60,879 nucleotides of DNA from a virus (lineage: Duplodnaviria; Caudoviricetes). Below the pieces are notes generated by a model. The model worked only from the letters and a program-made list of their open reading frames with translations. It did no database searches and was not told the DNA's origin. The stretch covers positions 1 to 60,879 of IMG/VR virus record IMGVR_UViG_3300021378_000024; one strand, 5' to 3'. This document shows, piece by piece, positions 49,980 to 60,291 of this stretch (position 1 is its first letter; the number at the start of each line of letters is the position of its first letter). A program made the position numbers and the translations under genes.

Positions 49980-50372
49980 ATGGACCTGAAGACCAAAGCA
50001 ATAGAGAAGATCGCCCGCCAGCTCAAGATCTTGGGCTGTGATTACATGATCGTGCCAGACGGTGACGCCGACAAGGCGATCATCAACGGCAACTTCACGC
50101 ACCACAAGCGGACGAAGCGTGGTGAGTGCACCAAGCACATAGCCAGCTATGCCGCCAACCTACAGCCGGGTGAGAGCGTCACCATACCTGTCGGCGAGTT
50201 CTCACTGGATACCCTCCAGAGTGCGGTGTCGGCCTATGCCTTCCGCACCTTCGGTAAGGGTAACTACATGTCCGGCAGGACGCCGGATGAGACCGGTGTC
50301 GAGCTCCTCTGCCTCGGCCAGCCCGAGGACACAGACGAGCCAACAGACGAACACGTTATGCGGGAGGAATAA
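49980..50372 (+). CDS. Hypothetical protein
   Basis: AGGAG before ATG 49980. Confidence 0.65.
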   Translation: MDLKTKAIEKIARQLKILGCDYMIVPDGDADKAIINGNFTHHKRTKRGECTKHIASYAANLQPGESVTIPVGEFSLDTLQSAVSAYAFRTFGKGNYMSGRTPDETGVELLCLGQPEDTDEPTDEHVMREE

Positions 50373-50740
50373 TGGATGTAACCGTGGACTGTAGCTACCT
50401 CGCCTGCGACCTCGAGATGGTGATTTCACTACTTCGGGGCGTCGCGCCATACGCGCTGACTGCCGAGATGGTGTTGGACATGACCAAGTCGGACACCGAT
50501 GCAGTGTGGCGCGTCGAAGAACTCCACGATGGGCGAGTCGAAACCACATACATCGGCTTTTATCCCATTGACTATGACCGCGTAATATACTACGAAGACA
50601 GTTCAAAGCTACCCGAGTGGATTAACGATCGTGTAGCTGTATTACGTATGATGCCGTGTAATCCAACCACAAGTATAGTGTTTGGTGTCGGCAGGCGGAT
50701 ATCAGAGTCCGTCTTTTGGGTAGTTAAGGGGGATAACTAA
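50372..50740 (+). CDS. Hypothetical protein
   Basis: LPEW..VAVL..GVGRRIS..FWV. Confidence 0.65.
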   Translation: MDVTVDCSYLACDLEMVISLLRGVAPYALTAEMVLDMTKSDTDAVWRVEELHDGRVETTYIGFYPIDYDRVIYYEDSSKLPEWINDRVAVLRMMPCNPTTSIVFGVGRRISESVFWVVKGDN

Positions 50741-51024
50741 TGGCAATGACTCCGGAGGCAAAAGTAAAGAAGCGTGTGGTCGCCTTACTCAAGGCGGCCG
50801 GTGCCTACTACTTCTACCCAGTGACGGGCGGCTTCGGCGCCTCCGGGGTTCCAGACATCATCGTGTGTCACAAGGGCAGGTTCATCGGCATCGAGTGCAA
50901 GGCCGGCAAGAACAAGCCCACAAAACTACAGCAGAAAAACCTCGCCGATATCGCCGCAGCTGGCGGTATCTCGCTCGTTGTAAACGAGCTTAACATTCAC
51001 GAGGTCGAAGACCTCATTACCTGA
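50740..51024 (+). CDS. VRR-NUC domain nuclease (Holliday junction resolvase-like)
   Basis: TPEAKVK..GVPDII..IECKA..LQ. Confidence 0.9.
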   Translation: MAMTPEAKVKKRVVALLKAAGAYYFYPVTGGFGASGVPDIIVCHKGRFIGIECKAGKNKPTKLQQKNLADIAAAGGISLVVNELNIHEVEDLIT

Positions 51025-51036
51025 AAGGATAATAAA

Positions 51037-51279
51037 ATGACTGACTATCAACCGACATTCGGACCGGTAGTGATCGAATGGGACGACAACCCCGGAACGC
51101 TGGTGGCCAAGTGCCAGAGCGGACGGTTTGATTGCAGAGGGCGCATCGGTGGGGCGTGCGTTTGGCATGAGCACGAAGACGGCGAGGCGAGAAAACTGCC
51201 CGACGACATGCTGACACCTAACTGGTGCGAATATAAGGCCGCCGCGCTGGCTGACGCCGAGGAGATGAACAATGGCTAA
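51037..51279 (+). CDS. Hypothetical Cys-containing protein
   Basis: AAGGA SD; PNWC motif. Confidence 0.6.
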   Translation: MTDYQPTFGPVVIEWDDNPGTLVAKCQSGRFDCRGRIGGACVWHEHEDGEARKLPDDMLTPNWCEYKAAALADAEEMNNG

Positions 51280-51547
51280 TTGGTCAGACTTTGAAGTGCA
51301 CCCGATTGGGACAAGCGACCGGATCATGCAAGGGGCGCGTGGGCCGGGAGTCGGCCTCAATGATGACCCGCAAGCAGGGCTCCGTCGTGGGTACTGGATG
51401 GCCCACGACGGACCGATACACATGTCCAACATGTGCGACGAGCATGTCCTGAATGCGTACCGGACGTGCATTTGGCACGGCAACGACACCAAGGCAGACG
51501 AGCTACTGACTGAGCTCGAACACCGAGACCTAGACTGGAGAGTATGA
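51272..51547 (+). CDS. Hypothetical protein
   Basis: GGAG SD; coupled ORF. Confidence 0.6.
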   Translation: MANWSDFEVHPIGTSDRIMQGARGPGVGLNDDPQAGLRRGYWMAHDGPIHMSNMCDEHVLNAYRTCIWHGNDTKADELLTELEHRDLDWRV

Positions 51548-52068
51548 TGCCCGAGCACGAAGAACTTAGCGATATGGATGATATCGACGACGCGATTGCT
51601 GCGGTGACGCTAGGTATGGCGCTTATCGTCGCCGTGTTTGTCGCCGCTCTTTTTGTCCTCACCATGTTGACACCAACCGCAGCCACCGCCGGTCCTGACC
51701 GGGCTTATATCCTCGCAGGCTCAAAGCACCTTGGCACGGACCACGAGTTCAACGAGATCAACCCCGGTTTGTTCCTGACATGGGAACTGGATCGCTTCGA
51801 CGTCACCGTGGGGGCATATCACAACAGCTACGGCAGCGGGTCTCTTGCTGCCAGCGTGGCCTATCCCCTTGTCAGGGGCGAGGACTGGTCCGTGGACGCC
51901 TTCGCAGGGCTGGCGACATACTTCGGCACCACCAACCCCAACATCGTTCCTATGGCCGGTCTACAGGCCCGCTATGGGCCTGCGTTCGTCCAGTATGTCC
52001 CGGTGCCGGGTGGTCAGTATATGGACGGTCTTGTTTCGTTTGGCCTGACCTTTGAGGTTGGAGACTGA
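51544..52068 (+). CDS. Putative exported outer-membrane beta-barrel protein (PagP-like pattern)
   Basis: Signal/TM segment, then SKH..FNEINPGL..GAYHNSY and alternating beta strands ending FGLTFEV. Confidence 0.5.
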   Translation: MMPEHEELSDMDDIDDAIAAVTLGMALIVAVFVAALFVLTMLTPTAATAGPDRAYILAGSKHLGTDHEFNEINPGLFLTWELDRFDVTVGAYHNSYGSGSLAASVAYPLVRGEDWSVDAFAGLATYFGTTNPNIVPMAGLQARYGPAFVQYVPVPGGQYMDGLVSFGLTFEVGD

Positions 52069-52070
52069 CA

Positions 52071-52343
52071 ATGACCGACTTTGAAACCAACCCCGTTGGC
52101 ACAGGGGAGCGGATCGAGGAACTTGAGGCGAAGTTGGCGAAGGCGATTGCAGAAATGGAAAAGGCTGATGGATACCTTACACGCCTACAAACTCGTAACT
52201 CCGAACCTCTCAATAGTGTAAATGGCTGCGGCAGCAAAAAGGGACGCAGCCAATATACTGCAATGGTAAGAAACGAAGCCAGAGAATATTGGGCATCGTT
52301 AGGGAACACCCTCGCAGAACTGAAAGGACAAGACGATGAGTGA
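52071..52343 (+). CDS. Hypothetical coiled-coil protein
   Basis: RIEELEAKLAKA..LAELKGQDDE. Confidence 0.65.
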   Translation: MTDFETNPVGTGERIEELEAKLAKAIAEMEKADGYLTRLQTRNSEPLNSVNGCGSKKGRSQYTAMVRNEAREYWASLGNTLAELKGQDDE

Positions 52344-52616
52344 CAATCTCATAAACTTAGATGAACACCGCCCGCATATCACAGCATACGTCGCCTGCAT
52401 TGACTGCGCTAAGGACTGGATAGCTGTCGCACCCGCAGACACGCTTCACTTTAACTGCCCGGAGTGCGACAAACTTTCCGGTGTGGTTGTTGATCCTGCC
52501 AACCCTGAGTTTATCAACGACTTCATGCGGCCAGCCAAAAAGAAGGCAGAGAAACAGCGCCGCACAATGGTGATGCTAAACGCGGCCCGCATGATTGACG
52601 AGGGGGCTTTTGACTG

Positions 52617-52617
<1 letters not shown>
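52336..52617 (+). CDS. Zinc-ribbon protein
   Basis: CIDC..CPEC. Confidence 0.65.
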
Positions 52618-52858
<241 letters not shown>

Positions 52859-52862
<4 letters not shown>

Positions 52863-53158
52863 TGACTAAGTGGACACTACCAGAGGGGCGCAAGCCCCTC
52901 ACCGACGCCGACATTGCAGCACTGACGCGCCGTCTCGCTGGCACGGCTGTTGACTACAAGGAGCTGTATCAGGCTGCCAAGCGTGACGCAGAAGAGGCCG
53001 AGGCCTATGTCGCGGAACTGGAAGCCAAGCTGAAAGCCTCAGAGGACTTCGGTCTGCGTCTGGAGCGCTTTGCGGATCAAGCCGGAGATACATTTTTGTT
53101 GCAGAGGGCGCGTGAGTTCCTCGCAGAACTGAAAGGACAAGACGATGGAAGAAATTGA
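52859..53158 (+). CDS. Hypothetical coiled-coil protein
   Basis: ELEAKLKA..LAELKGQDD. Confidence 0.65.
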
Positions 53159-53618
53159 AGTGATGTGCACAACCGTGCTCGCCACAAACACGGCGTTTGC
53201 GGTGCGGGCCGACACAGGGGAGCAAGTGTTTGTCCCCTCTGCGGTAGCCCATGCCGCTCAGCTACAAGTCGGTGACATCGTGCGGGCGACCGTTGTGCCT
53301 AATACACACTACCCGGAAAAGACACCGTGGTTCGCCATTCGCGTCGAGCGGGACGCCCCCGTGCCAGCTTTGATCGCGCAGGATAGCCTCGACCAGCGCA
53401 TTGTCGAATACCTCGACGTACAACCGGCCTATGCCACCACGTCAGAGGTTGCAGAGGAGTTCAACGTAGACACGACGATCGCGGGCAATGCACTGAACCG
53501 CGTGTTCCGTCGGGGTCAAGCCGTGAGAGCCGATGTGTATTCCAAGCCGGATCAACAGCGGGCTTCGTTCTGTTTGTGGGCCGCCAACACAAGCAGGTTT
53601 GTGGAGGTCGATCTGTGA
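53145..53618 (+). CDS. OB-fold-like + winged-HTH protein
   Basis: GEQVFVP..GDIV N-term; TTSEVAEEF..GNALNR HTH-like C-term. Confidence 0.55.
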   Translation: MEEIEVMCTTVLATNTAFAVRADTGEQVFVPSAVAHAAQLQVGDIVRATVVPNTHYPEKTPWFAIRVERDAPVPALIAQDSLDQRIVEYLDVQPAYATTSEVAEEFNVDTTIAGNALNRVFRRGQAVRADVYSKPDQQRASFCLWAANTSRFVEVDL

Positions 53619-53842
53619 CCCCTGCAGCCAAGAGAGCCAAGGAGGCCAAGGACGAGTTCGACGCCATGGTCAAAGCAGCCGCCCCCGGAGAACGCATAAC
53701 CTACCACACAGGGGACCGCGCGGGGGGCCCGTACAAGTATGCGGCATACGCAGCATACGAGAGGGGCGACGTGTTGCTGGTGCAGCGTAGGGTCGGGGTA
53801 GCACTGTTCGACTACCTCGCTGTTCGGGTGAAGAAGAAATGA
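53615..53842 (+). CDS. Hypothetical protein
   Basis: GTG start; PGERITYHTG..LVQRR..FDYLA. Confidence 0.6.
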   Translation: MTPAAKRAKEAKDEFDAMVKAAAPGERITYHTGDRAGGPYKYAAYAAYERGDVLLVQRRVGVALFDYLAVRVKKK

Positions 53843-54099
53843 GGCGGCGTCCGATACCGCGCCGGAAACCGGCAACGAAGGCGACCGAGCGGCAGCGCGA
53901 CGAGCAGCTGGCCATGGTCATGCACCTGCGAGAGAACGAGGGGATGACGTTCGGGCAGATGGCCCCCCATGTGCACATGACACGGCACGCGTGCATCGGT
54001 GCCTACCATCGCCTGCGTGATGCCTATGAGGCGAGTTGCGAGTGCACTAAACCCGAAAACAAAGATGGCGGCATGGAGCCCCTATGGTGGAGGACCTGA
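53839..54099 (+). CDS. Small HTH-like protein (GcrA N-terminus-like)
   Basis: EGMTFGQMA..MTRHACIG..HRL. Confidence 0.5.
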   Translation: MRRRPIPRRKPATKATERQRDEQLAMVMHLRENEGMTFGQMAPHVHMTRHACIGAYHRLRDAYEASCECTKPENKDGGMEPLWWRT

Positions 54100-54100
54100 C

Positions 54101-54487
54101 ATGACACAGACTGAAGAAAGATGCTGGCAATACCTGCTGGCAAACCGGGATGCCACGACCGAAGACGTGGTGCTCAACTGCGATGTATCGCTGGGCTATG
54201 CCGAGGAGCTCATGGCTCGGATCAGCAGTCCCAACTGGCGTGAACCTGTCAGTGCCCTCGAAGGGCAGGTCGGCGGGTCCCACTACAAGGATATGGAGGT
54301 CCAGCCTTGGCAGGCCATGGAAGCGTGGCTCACTCCCGAAGAGTACCGAGGCTATCATAAGGGTGTAGCCATTGGCTACCTCGCACGGGAACGGCAAAAA
54401 GGGGGACTGCAGGATATCGAGAAGGCCATCCACCACCTGAACAGGCTTGTGGAGGTAGAACGTGACAGACCTACCAAAGCAGATTGA
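54101..54487 (+). CDS. DUF3310-like protein
   Basis: QVGGSHY..Y..R..KGGLQDIEKA. Confidence 0.8.
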   Translation: MTQTEERCWQYLLANRDATTEDVVLNCDVSLGYAEELMARISSPNWREPVSALEGQVGGSHYKDMEVQPWQAMEAWLTPEEYRGYHKGVAIGYLARERQKGGLQDIEKAIHHLNRLVEVERDRPTKAD

Positions 54488-54528
54488 AGGCAGCGCTTAT
54501 GCGCGGCGCATAACAAAGGAGAACCAAC

Positions 54529-55065
54529 ATGCACATCATGATCGACATTGAGACTATGGGCACGCGCCCAACTGCACCTATCGTATCGTTCGGGGCCGTG
54601 GCGTTCGACGCCGACGGCATCCACCATAAGTTCTACCGCGCGGTGGACCTCAACTCTGCCGTTGTCAGCGGTGCCGTCATCGAGCCCGGCACTGTACTGT
54701 GGTGGTTGGACCAGAGCGACGACGCCCGGGCAGCCCTGACTACCGACATCGTCGAGCCCATTGGCGACGTACTGGTGGCATTCCAAGAGTTTGTTGCAGG
54801 TCTACCGGGCGGGGTCGGCGCCCTGCGTGGCGTCTGGGGCAACGGTGCGACATTCGACAACGTGCTGGTTGCCGAGGCGTACAAGCGGTTGGACATGCTG
54901 GTGCCATGGCCATTCTGGAAGGACCGTTGCTATCGCACCGTGAGGACCATGTTTCCGGCGGTGGAACTGGTCAGAAATGGAACGCACCACCATGCGCTAG
55001 CCGACGCCGAGACGCAAGCGCAGCACCTGATCGCGATCAGCGAGAGTGCGGGCGGCCTGCTATGA
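54529..55065 (+). CDS. DEDDh 3'-5' exonuclease (exonuclease VIII-like/DUF5051)
   Basis: MIDIET, WGNGATFD and HHALADA motifs. Confidence 0.9.
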   Translation: MHIMIDIETMGTRPTAPIVSFGAVAFDADGIHHKFYRAVDLNSAVVSGAVIEPGTVLWWLDQSDDARAALTTDIVEPIGDVLVAFQEFVAGLPGGVGALRGVWGNGATFDNVLVAEAYKRLDMLVPWPFWKDRCYRTVRTMFPAVELVRNGTHHHALADAETQAQHLIAISESAGGLL

Positions 55066-55505
55066 ACCCGATAGATACACCCCGACTGCAAGAGTGGGCC
55101 ATCGACATGGCCAAGCACGTGGCCAAGTTGAGCAAGGACCCCTCCACGAAAGTGGGGGCGGTCATCTTCGACCCGAAGAGACGCATCGTCAGTGCGGGCT
55201 ACAACGGTTTCGCCCGAGGTGTGGATGACACGGCGGAGCGACTGACCAACCGCGACGCCAAGTTGAAGATGACACTGCACGCCGAGAAGAACGCCATCCT
55301 GTTCGCCACAGCTCCTCTGGACGGCTGCACAATGGCGGTCACTCACCCCTGTTGCGCGCAGTGTGCCGCGCAGGCTATTCAAGCGGGCATCAAGCACGTC
55401 GTGTGGCCGCGCCCCGCGCCAGAGTTCATGGCGCGTTGGGCCGAAGACTACAAGCTGAGCAAGGCGCAGTTCGCAGAGGTGGGCGTTACCGTGGAGGAAG
55501 TGTGA
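55062..55505 (+). CDS. dCMP deaminase
   Basis: SKDPSTKVGA, GYNGF, HAEKNA and PCCAQC motifs. Confidence 0.92.
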   Translation: MNPIDTPRLQEWAIDMAKHVAKLSKDPSTKVGAVIFDPKRRIVSAGYNGFARGVDDTAERLTNRDAKLKMTLHAEKNAILFATAPLDGCTMAVTHPCCAQCAAQAIQAGIKHVVWPRPAPEFMARWAEDYKLSKAQFAEVGVTVEEV

Positions 55506-57340
55506 TGGACACTATCGCATGCGACTTTGAGACGTTCTACTCCCGCGAGTATTCACTATCCAAGATGACCACCGAAGAGTATATCCGCGACCCGCGGTTT
55601 CAGGTGATCGGCGTCTCGGTAAAGGTCAATGAGGGCGATACCGGGTGGTTCTCCGGCACGGCCAAGGAGACCTTGGCATTCCTGCGCCAGTACGACTGGG
55701 AAAACAGCGCTATGATTGCGCACAACACGCTGTTCGACGGTGCGATCATGTCTTGGCGGTGCGGTATCAGGCCGAAAGTGCTGATCGACACACTGTCCAT
55801 GTCTCGGGCCATGTTTGGCGTCGACGCCGGGCACAGCCTCAAGGCACTGGCGGGTCGACTGGGCCTGCCGGCCAAAGGCGACGAAGTAACTCGCGCAATC
55901 GGCAAGCGCCGCGCCGATTTCACCGCGAGGGAGATGCACGACTACGGCGAATACTGCCGCCTCGACGTGCACCTGACATACGAAGCGTTCCGCAAGATGA
56001 CGCTCATGGGGTTCCCCAAGAGCGAGCTGAAGCTGATCGACCTTACGCTGAAGATGTTCACCGACCCTGCGCTGGAGCTCGACGTGCCGCACCTGCAGGG
56101 GCACCTGATACGGACGCAACGAGAGAAAGAGCAGATGCTCGCTGATGCGGGTATAGCCGACCGCAGGGACCTGCTGTCAAACCAGAAGTTCGCTGACCTG
56201 CTACGCGGCCTTGGTGTCGAGCCGCCGATGAAGACCAGCCCGGCAACGGGTAAGCCAACGTATGCATTTGCCAAGAACGACGAGAGCTTTCAGGCGTTGG
56301 CAGAGCACGACGACTTGCGGGTACAGACGCTTGTATCGGCGCGGCTGGGCACCAAGAGCACGCTAGAGGAAACGCGCACCGAACGGTTCATCTCCATCGG
56401 ACAGCGGGGCAAGTTCCCAGTGCCGCTGCGCTACTACGCCGCCCACACCGGGCGGTGGGGCGGCACTGACAAGATCAACATGCAGAACCTGCCGTCGCGT
56501 GGACCGAACGCCAAGCAGCTCAAGAAGGCCATCCGGGCCCCGGAGGGCTACATGCTGGTGGACTGCGACTCATCGCAGATCGAGGCCCGCGTGCTGGCAT
56601 GGCTGGCGGAGCAGGAAGATCTGGTGGCGGCGTTCGCCCGGGGCGAGGACGTCTACAAGATCATGGCGTCCAAAATATACGGCGTCGACGTCGCCGATAT
56701 CGACAAAGGCCAGAGGCAGGTGGGCAAGACCGTCATCCTCGGTGCCGGGTACGGCGTCGGCCACAACAAGCTGCAGCTATTCCTCAAGACGCAGGCGGGG
56801 GTAGACGTGGACCTCGACGAGGCCAAGCGCATCATCGACATTTACCGCCACTTAAACGCTCGCATCAGTGGGCTGTGGAAGTCAGCGCAACGCACCGTAG
56901 AATACCTCGAACGCGGTGACGCACTCGCTTTCGGCCGGCCCGGCGTGCTCGGCGTCGACGTTGACGACACAGCCATCGTACTGCCAAACGGATTACCTAT
57001 CCGATACGACGGACTGTTTGCTGAACAGGGGGAGAAGGGGTACGAGTATCAGTACAAAACGCGTCGCGGACCGAAGCGGCTATATGGTGGCGCGTGCGTC
57101 GAGAATGTAACCCAAGCACTTGCACGTATCGTGGTTGGCGAACAGATGCTTAAAATAGCGAAACGGTATCGCGTGGTGTTGACTGTGCATGACAGCGTGG
57201 TATCCTGTGTACCCGAGGCCGAGGTAGGCGAGGCGCGGGAGTATATCGAAACCTGCATGCGCTGGACCCCGGACTGGGCCGAAGGGCTACCCGTCAACTG
57301 CGAGTCTGGTGTTGGCGAGAGCTATGGAGATTGCGAATGA
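55505..57340 (+). CDS. DNA polymerase family A with 3'-5' exonuclease domain
   Basis: DFET, HNTLFD, HTGR, DSSQIEARV, RQVGKTVILGAGYG and TVHDS motifs. Confidence 0.95.
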   Translation: MDTIACDFETFYSREYSLSKMTTEEYIRDPRFQVIGVSVKVNEGDTGWFSGTAKETLAFLRQYDWENSAMIAHNTLFDGAIMSWRCGIRPKVLIDTLSMSRAMFGVDAGHSLKALAGRLGLPAKGDEVTRAIGKRRADFTAREMHDYGEYCRLDVHLTYEAFRKMTLMGFPKSELKLIDLTLKMFTDPALELDVPHLQGHLIRTQREKEQMLADAGIADRRDLLSNQKFADLLRGLGVEPPMKTSPATGKPTYAFAKNDESFQALAEHDDLRVQTLVSARLGTKSTLEETRTERFISIGQRGKFPVPLRYYAAHTGRWGGTDKINMQNLPSRGPNAKQLKKAIRAPEGYMLVDCDSSQIEARVLAWLAEQEDLVAAFARGEDVYKIMASKIYGVDVADIDKGQRQVGKTVILGAGYGVGHNKLQLFLKTQAGVDVDLDEAKRIIDIYRHLNARISGLWKSAQRTVEYLERGDALAFGRPGVLGVDVDDTAIVLPNGLPIRYDGLFAEQGEKGYEYQYKTRRGPKRLYGGACVENVTQALARIVVGEQMLKIAKRYRVVLTVHDSVVSCVPEAEVGEAREYIETCMRWTPDWAEGLPVNCESGVGESYGDCE

Positions 57341-58014
57341 GCAAGCCAGCATCCCCCGCACCGTGGTCGTTCAGCCGGATAAAGGCCTTTGAGACCTGCC
57401 CAAAGCAGTTCTATCACACAACAGTGCTCAAGCAGTTTCCCTATCAGGAAACAGAGGCGATGCGCTACGGCACCGAGTTTCACAAGGCGGCGGAAGACTT
57501 CATCCGTGACGGCACCCCGGTGCCTGAGCGGTTCGCCTTCGCCAAGCCCGCGCTTGATGCGCTGGCGGCCAAGCCGGGCGAGAAACTCTGTGAGCAAAAG
57601 CTGGGCATCACTGCCGGGCTCGAACCCTGCGGCTTCTTCGATAACGACGTCTGGTTCCGTGGCATCGTGGACTTGCTCATCATCGACGGCGACGAAGCGA
57701 CCATAGTAGATTATAAGACCGGCAAGTCCGCTCGCTACGCCGAAAAGGGCCAACTCGAGCTCATGGCGCTATCAGTGCTCCGCCACTTTCCGCAGGTGCA
57801 GAAAATCCGTGCTGGTCTGATCTTTGTCATCGCCAACGACTTCGTGAAGGCCAGCTATGAACGCACAGGACAGAAAGAACTGTGGAGGAAATGGCTCTCG
57901 AACTATGCTAGTATGGAGACGGCGTTCGAGAAGGGTGTGTGGAACCCCAAGCCGAGCGGACTGTGCAAACGGCACTGCCCCGTGCAGGAGTGCCCCCACA
58001 ATGGACTATACTGA
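57337..58014 (+). CDS. PD-(D/E)XK Cas4-like exonuclease
   Basis: WSFS..CP, GIVDL, DYKTGK, QL and C-terminal Cys cluster. Confidence 0.85.
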   Translation: MSKPASPAPWSFSRIKAFETCPKQFYHTTVLKQFPYQETEAMRYGTEFHKAAEDFIRDGTPVPERFAFAKPALDALAAKPGEKLCEQKLGITAGLEPCGFFDNDVWFRGIVDLLIIDGDEATIVDYKTGKSARYAEKGQLELMALSVLRHFPQVQKIRAGLIFVIANDFVKASYERTGQKELWRKWLSNYASMETAFEKGVWNPKPSGLCKRHCPVQECPHNGLY

Positions 58015-58280
58015 TGCCATACAAGAACAACGCAGACCGGCCATACGGTCGTGAATACCAGCTCCAGAAAGCTCGCGGTGAGCAAGAGGCCCGCAACGAG
58101 CGGGCCCGGGCCCGCTATGCGTTCGACAAGAAGAACGGCAAGGCAGCCCGCAAGGGCAAAGACCTTGCCCACAGCAAGCCACTGTCCCGGGGCGGGTCTA
58201 ACAAAGACGGCGTAAAGCTGCAGAGCCCAAGCAAGAACCGTGCCGGCGGAGGTCGCATCAGCAAGCCGCCCAAGAAATAA
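58014..58280 (+). CDS. Small HNH-like protein
   Basis: GKDLAHSKPLSRGGSN..SKNRA. Confidence 0.6.
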   Translation: MPYKNNADRPYGREYQLQKARGEQEARNERARARYAFDKKNGKAARKGKDLAHSKPLSRGGSNKDGVKLQSPSKNRAGGGRISKPPKK

Positions 58281-58309
58281 ATTATGCGCCACGCATAATA
58301 GGAGAACCC

Positions 58310-59845
58310 ATGAAGATCATCGACAACAAGGCGCTCGTACTGCGCCTGAAGAACCCTGCACCCGTGCTGACCGCGGCGCCCGACGCGCGCTCCATCGACG
58401 CCAACACCGTCGCCGTCAAGTGGGACATAGCCAACGTGCACGCCCTACGCGACCTCGGGCTCAACCCGCCCTCGCCGATCGAGCGGCGCTATGACTGGCC
58501 GGGCAAATTCAAACCTATGTCGCACCAACGCGAAACGGCAGCGTTCTTGACGATGCACCGTAAGGCGTTTTGTTTCAGTGACCCCGGCACCGGCAAGACT
58601 GCCAGTGCCATATGGGCCGCCGACTTCCTCATGAAGCAAGGTCTGGTCCGGCGCGTGCTGGTTGTCTGTCCAGTGTCGATCATGGACGCCGCGTGGCGCA
58701 ACGACCTGTTCACTTTTGCCATGCACCGCCGGGTCGACGTGGCATATGGCTCCGCTGCAAAACGCCGCAAGGTCATCGAGAGCGATGCCGAGTTCGTAAT
58801 CATTAACTTCGACGGCGTGAAGGTGATGGCGGACGACATCGCCGCTGGCGGCTTCGACCTGATCGTTGTCGACGAAGCGTCAAGCTACCAGAACGCGCAG
58901 ACCGCCCGGTGGAAGACGCTGAACAAGTTGGTCGGCCCCGACACGTGGCTCTGGATGATGACCGGCACCCCTGCAGCGCAAGGGCCGGACTACGCCTACG
59001 GCCTCGCCAAGCTGGTAAATCCGAATTCTGTCCCACGCCATTTCGGTGCATTCCGGGATATGGTGATGTACAAGATAACGCAATTCAAGTGGGCTGCCAA
59101 AGACACCGCGCCGGAGACTGTGCACCGAGTGCTCCAGCCCGCGGTACGCCACTCCAAGGAAGAGTGTCTCGACCTACCAGACCTCGTCTATGTATCGCGC
59201 ATGGTGGAGATGACCCCACAACAAAAGAAGTTCTATGAGCGGATGCGCAAGGACTTGCTGCTGCAGGCCGCAGGTGAGAACGTCACCGCCGGAACGGCCG
59301 CTGTCGCCATGACGAAGCTCCTGCAAATCAGCAGCGGATCAGTCTACACCGACGACCAGAACGCCTTGGTGTTCGACATAAGCAGCCGCTACCGCGTGCT
59401 CATGGAGGTGCTGGCCGAGACATCGAGCAAGGTGCTCGTGTTCGTACCGTTCCGCAACTCCATTGAACACCTGTCTGAGAAGCTGCGTGCCGACAAAGTC
59501 AGCTGTGAGGTTATCGACGGTGGGGTGCCTGCCGGCCAACGCACAGACATCTTCAACGCGTTCCAGAACCAGCCGGACCCACGTGTGCTGATTATCCAGC
59601 CACAGGCCGCTGCCCATGGTGTGACGCTGACCGCGGCCGCTACCGTCGTCTGGTGGGGCCCCACGGCGTCGCTGGAGATATACGAGCAGGCCAACGCGCG
59701 TATTCACCGCAAAGGGCAGACAAAGAAGTGCACGATCGTGCAGCTGGTCGGGTCGCCCGTGGAGCAGCGCGTCTACAAGATGCTTGACGACAAGATAGAC
59801 CTACACAGACAAGTAATTGATCTATACAAGAATGCGCTTGACTAA
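58310..59845 (+). CDS. SNF2-family helicase
   Basis: PGTGKT, VVDEA, MTGTP and QANARIHRKGQ motifs. Confidence 0.92.
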   Translation: MKIIDNKALVLRLKNPAPVLTAAPDARSIDANTVAVKWDIANVHALRDLGLNPPSPIERRYDWPGKFKPMSHQRETAAFLTMHRKAFCFSDPGTGKTASAIWAADFLMKQGLVRRVLVVCPVSIMDAAWRNDLFTFAMHRRVDVAYGSAAKRRKVIESDAEFVIINFDGVKVMADDIAAGGFDLIVVDEASSYQNAQTARWKTLNKLVGPDTWLWMMTGTPAAQGPDYAYGLAKLVNPNSVPRHFGAFRDMVMYKITQFKWAAKDTAPETVHRVLQPAVRHSKEECLDLPDLVYVSRMVEMTPQQKKFYERMRKDLLLQAAGENVTAGTAAVAMTKLLQISSGSVYTDDQNALVFDISSRYRVLMEVLAETSSKVLVFVPFRNSIEHLSEKLRADKVSCEVIDGGVPAGQRTDIFNAFQNQPDPRVLIIQPQAAAHGVTLTAAATVVWWGPTASLEIYEQANARIHRKGQTKKCTIVQLVGSPVEQRVYKMLDDKIDLHRQVIDLYKNALD

Positions 59846-59866
59846 ACGAGCGTGGTGACGTAAGAG
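59838..59866 (+). promoter_or_regulatory. Possible sigma70 promoter
   Basis: TTGACT-N17-TAAGAG. Confidence 0.35.
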
Positions 59867-59895
59867 TTCACTCAATAACACAAAAGGAGAACCAA

Positions 59896-60291
59896 ATGAC
59901 CACAGATGCACCGATCGAAAAGCTCACCCGGGTCTACATCAAGATCAGGGACACCAAAGCCAAGCTGTCTGCCGAGTTCAAGAAGAAGGACGACGAGCTC
60001 GCCGACCATCTGACCCAGATCAAGTCTGCCATCTTGGACTACTGCAAAGAGCAGGATGTCGAGAGTGTACGCACGGCCTCTGGGTTGGTATATCGCACAA
60101 TGAAGACGCGGTATTGGACGAGTGATTGGGAAGCGATGCACCGGTTTGTTGTCGAGCACAACGTGCCGGAGTTCCTCGAAAAGCGTCTGAACCAGACGGT
60201 CGTGAAGTCGTTCCTCGAGGAGAACCCCGAAACCGTACCTCCGGGCATCAACGCCGATTCGGAGTACACCGTCACCGTGAGGAAATCATGA
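59896..60291 (+). CDS. Conserved replication-module hypothetical protein
   Basis: YIKIRD..SVRT..DW..LEKR; AGGAG SD. Confidence 0.75.
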   Translation: MTTDAPIEKLTRVYIKIRDTKAKLSAEFKKKDDELADHLTQIKSAILDYCKEQDVESVRTASGLVYRTMKTRYWTSDWEAMHRFVVEHNVPEFLEKRLNQTVVKSFLEENPETVPPGINADSEYTVTVRKS

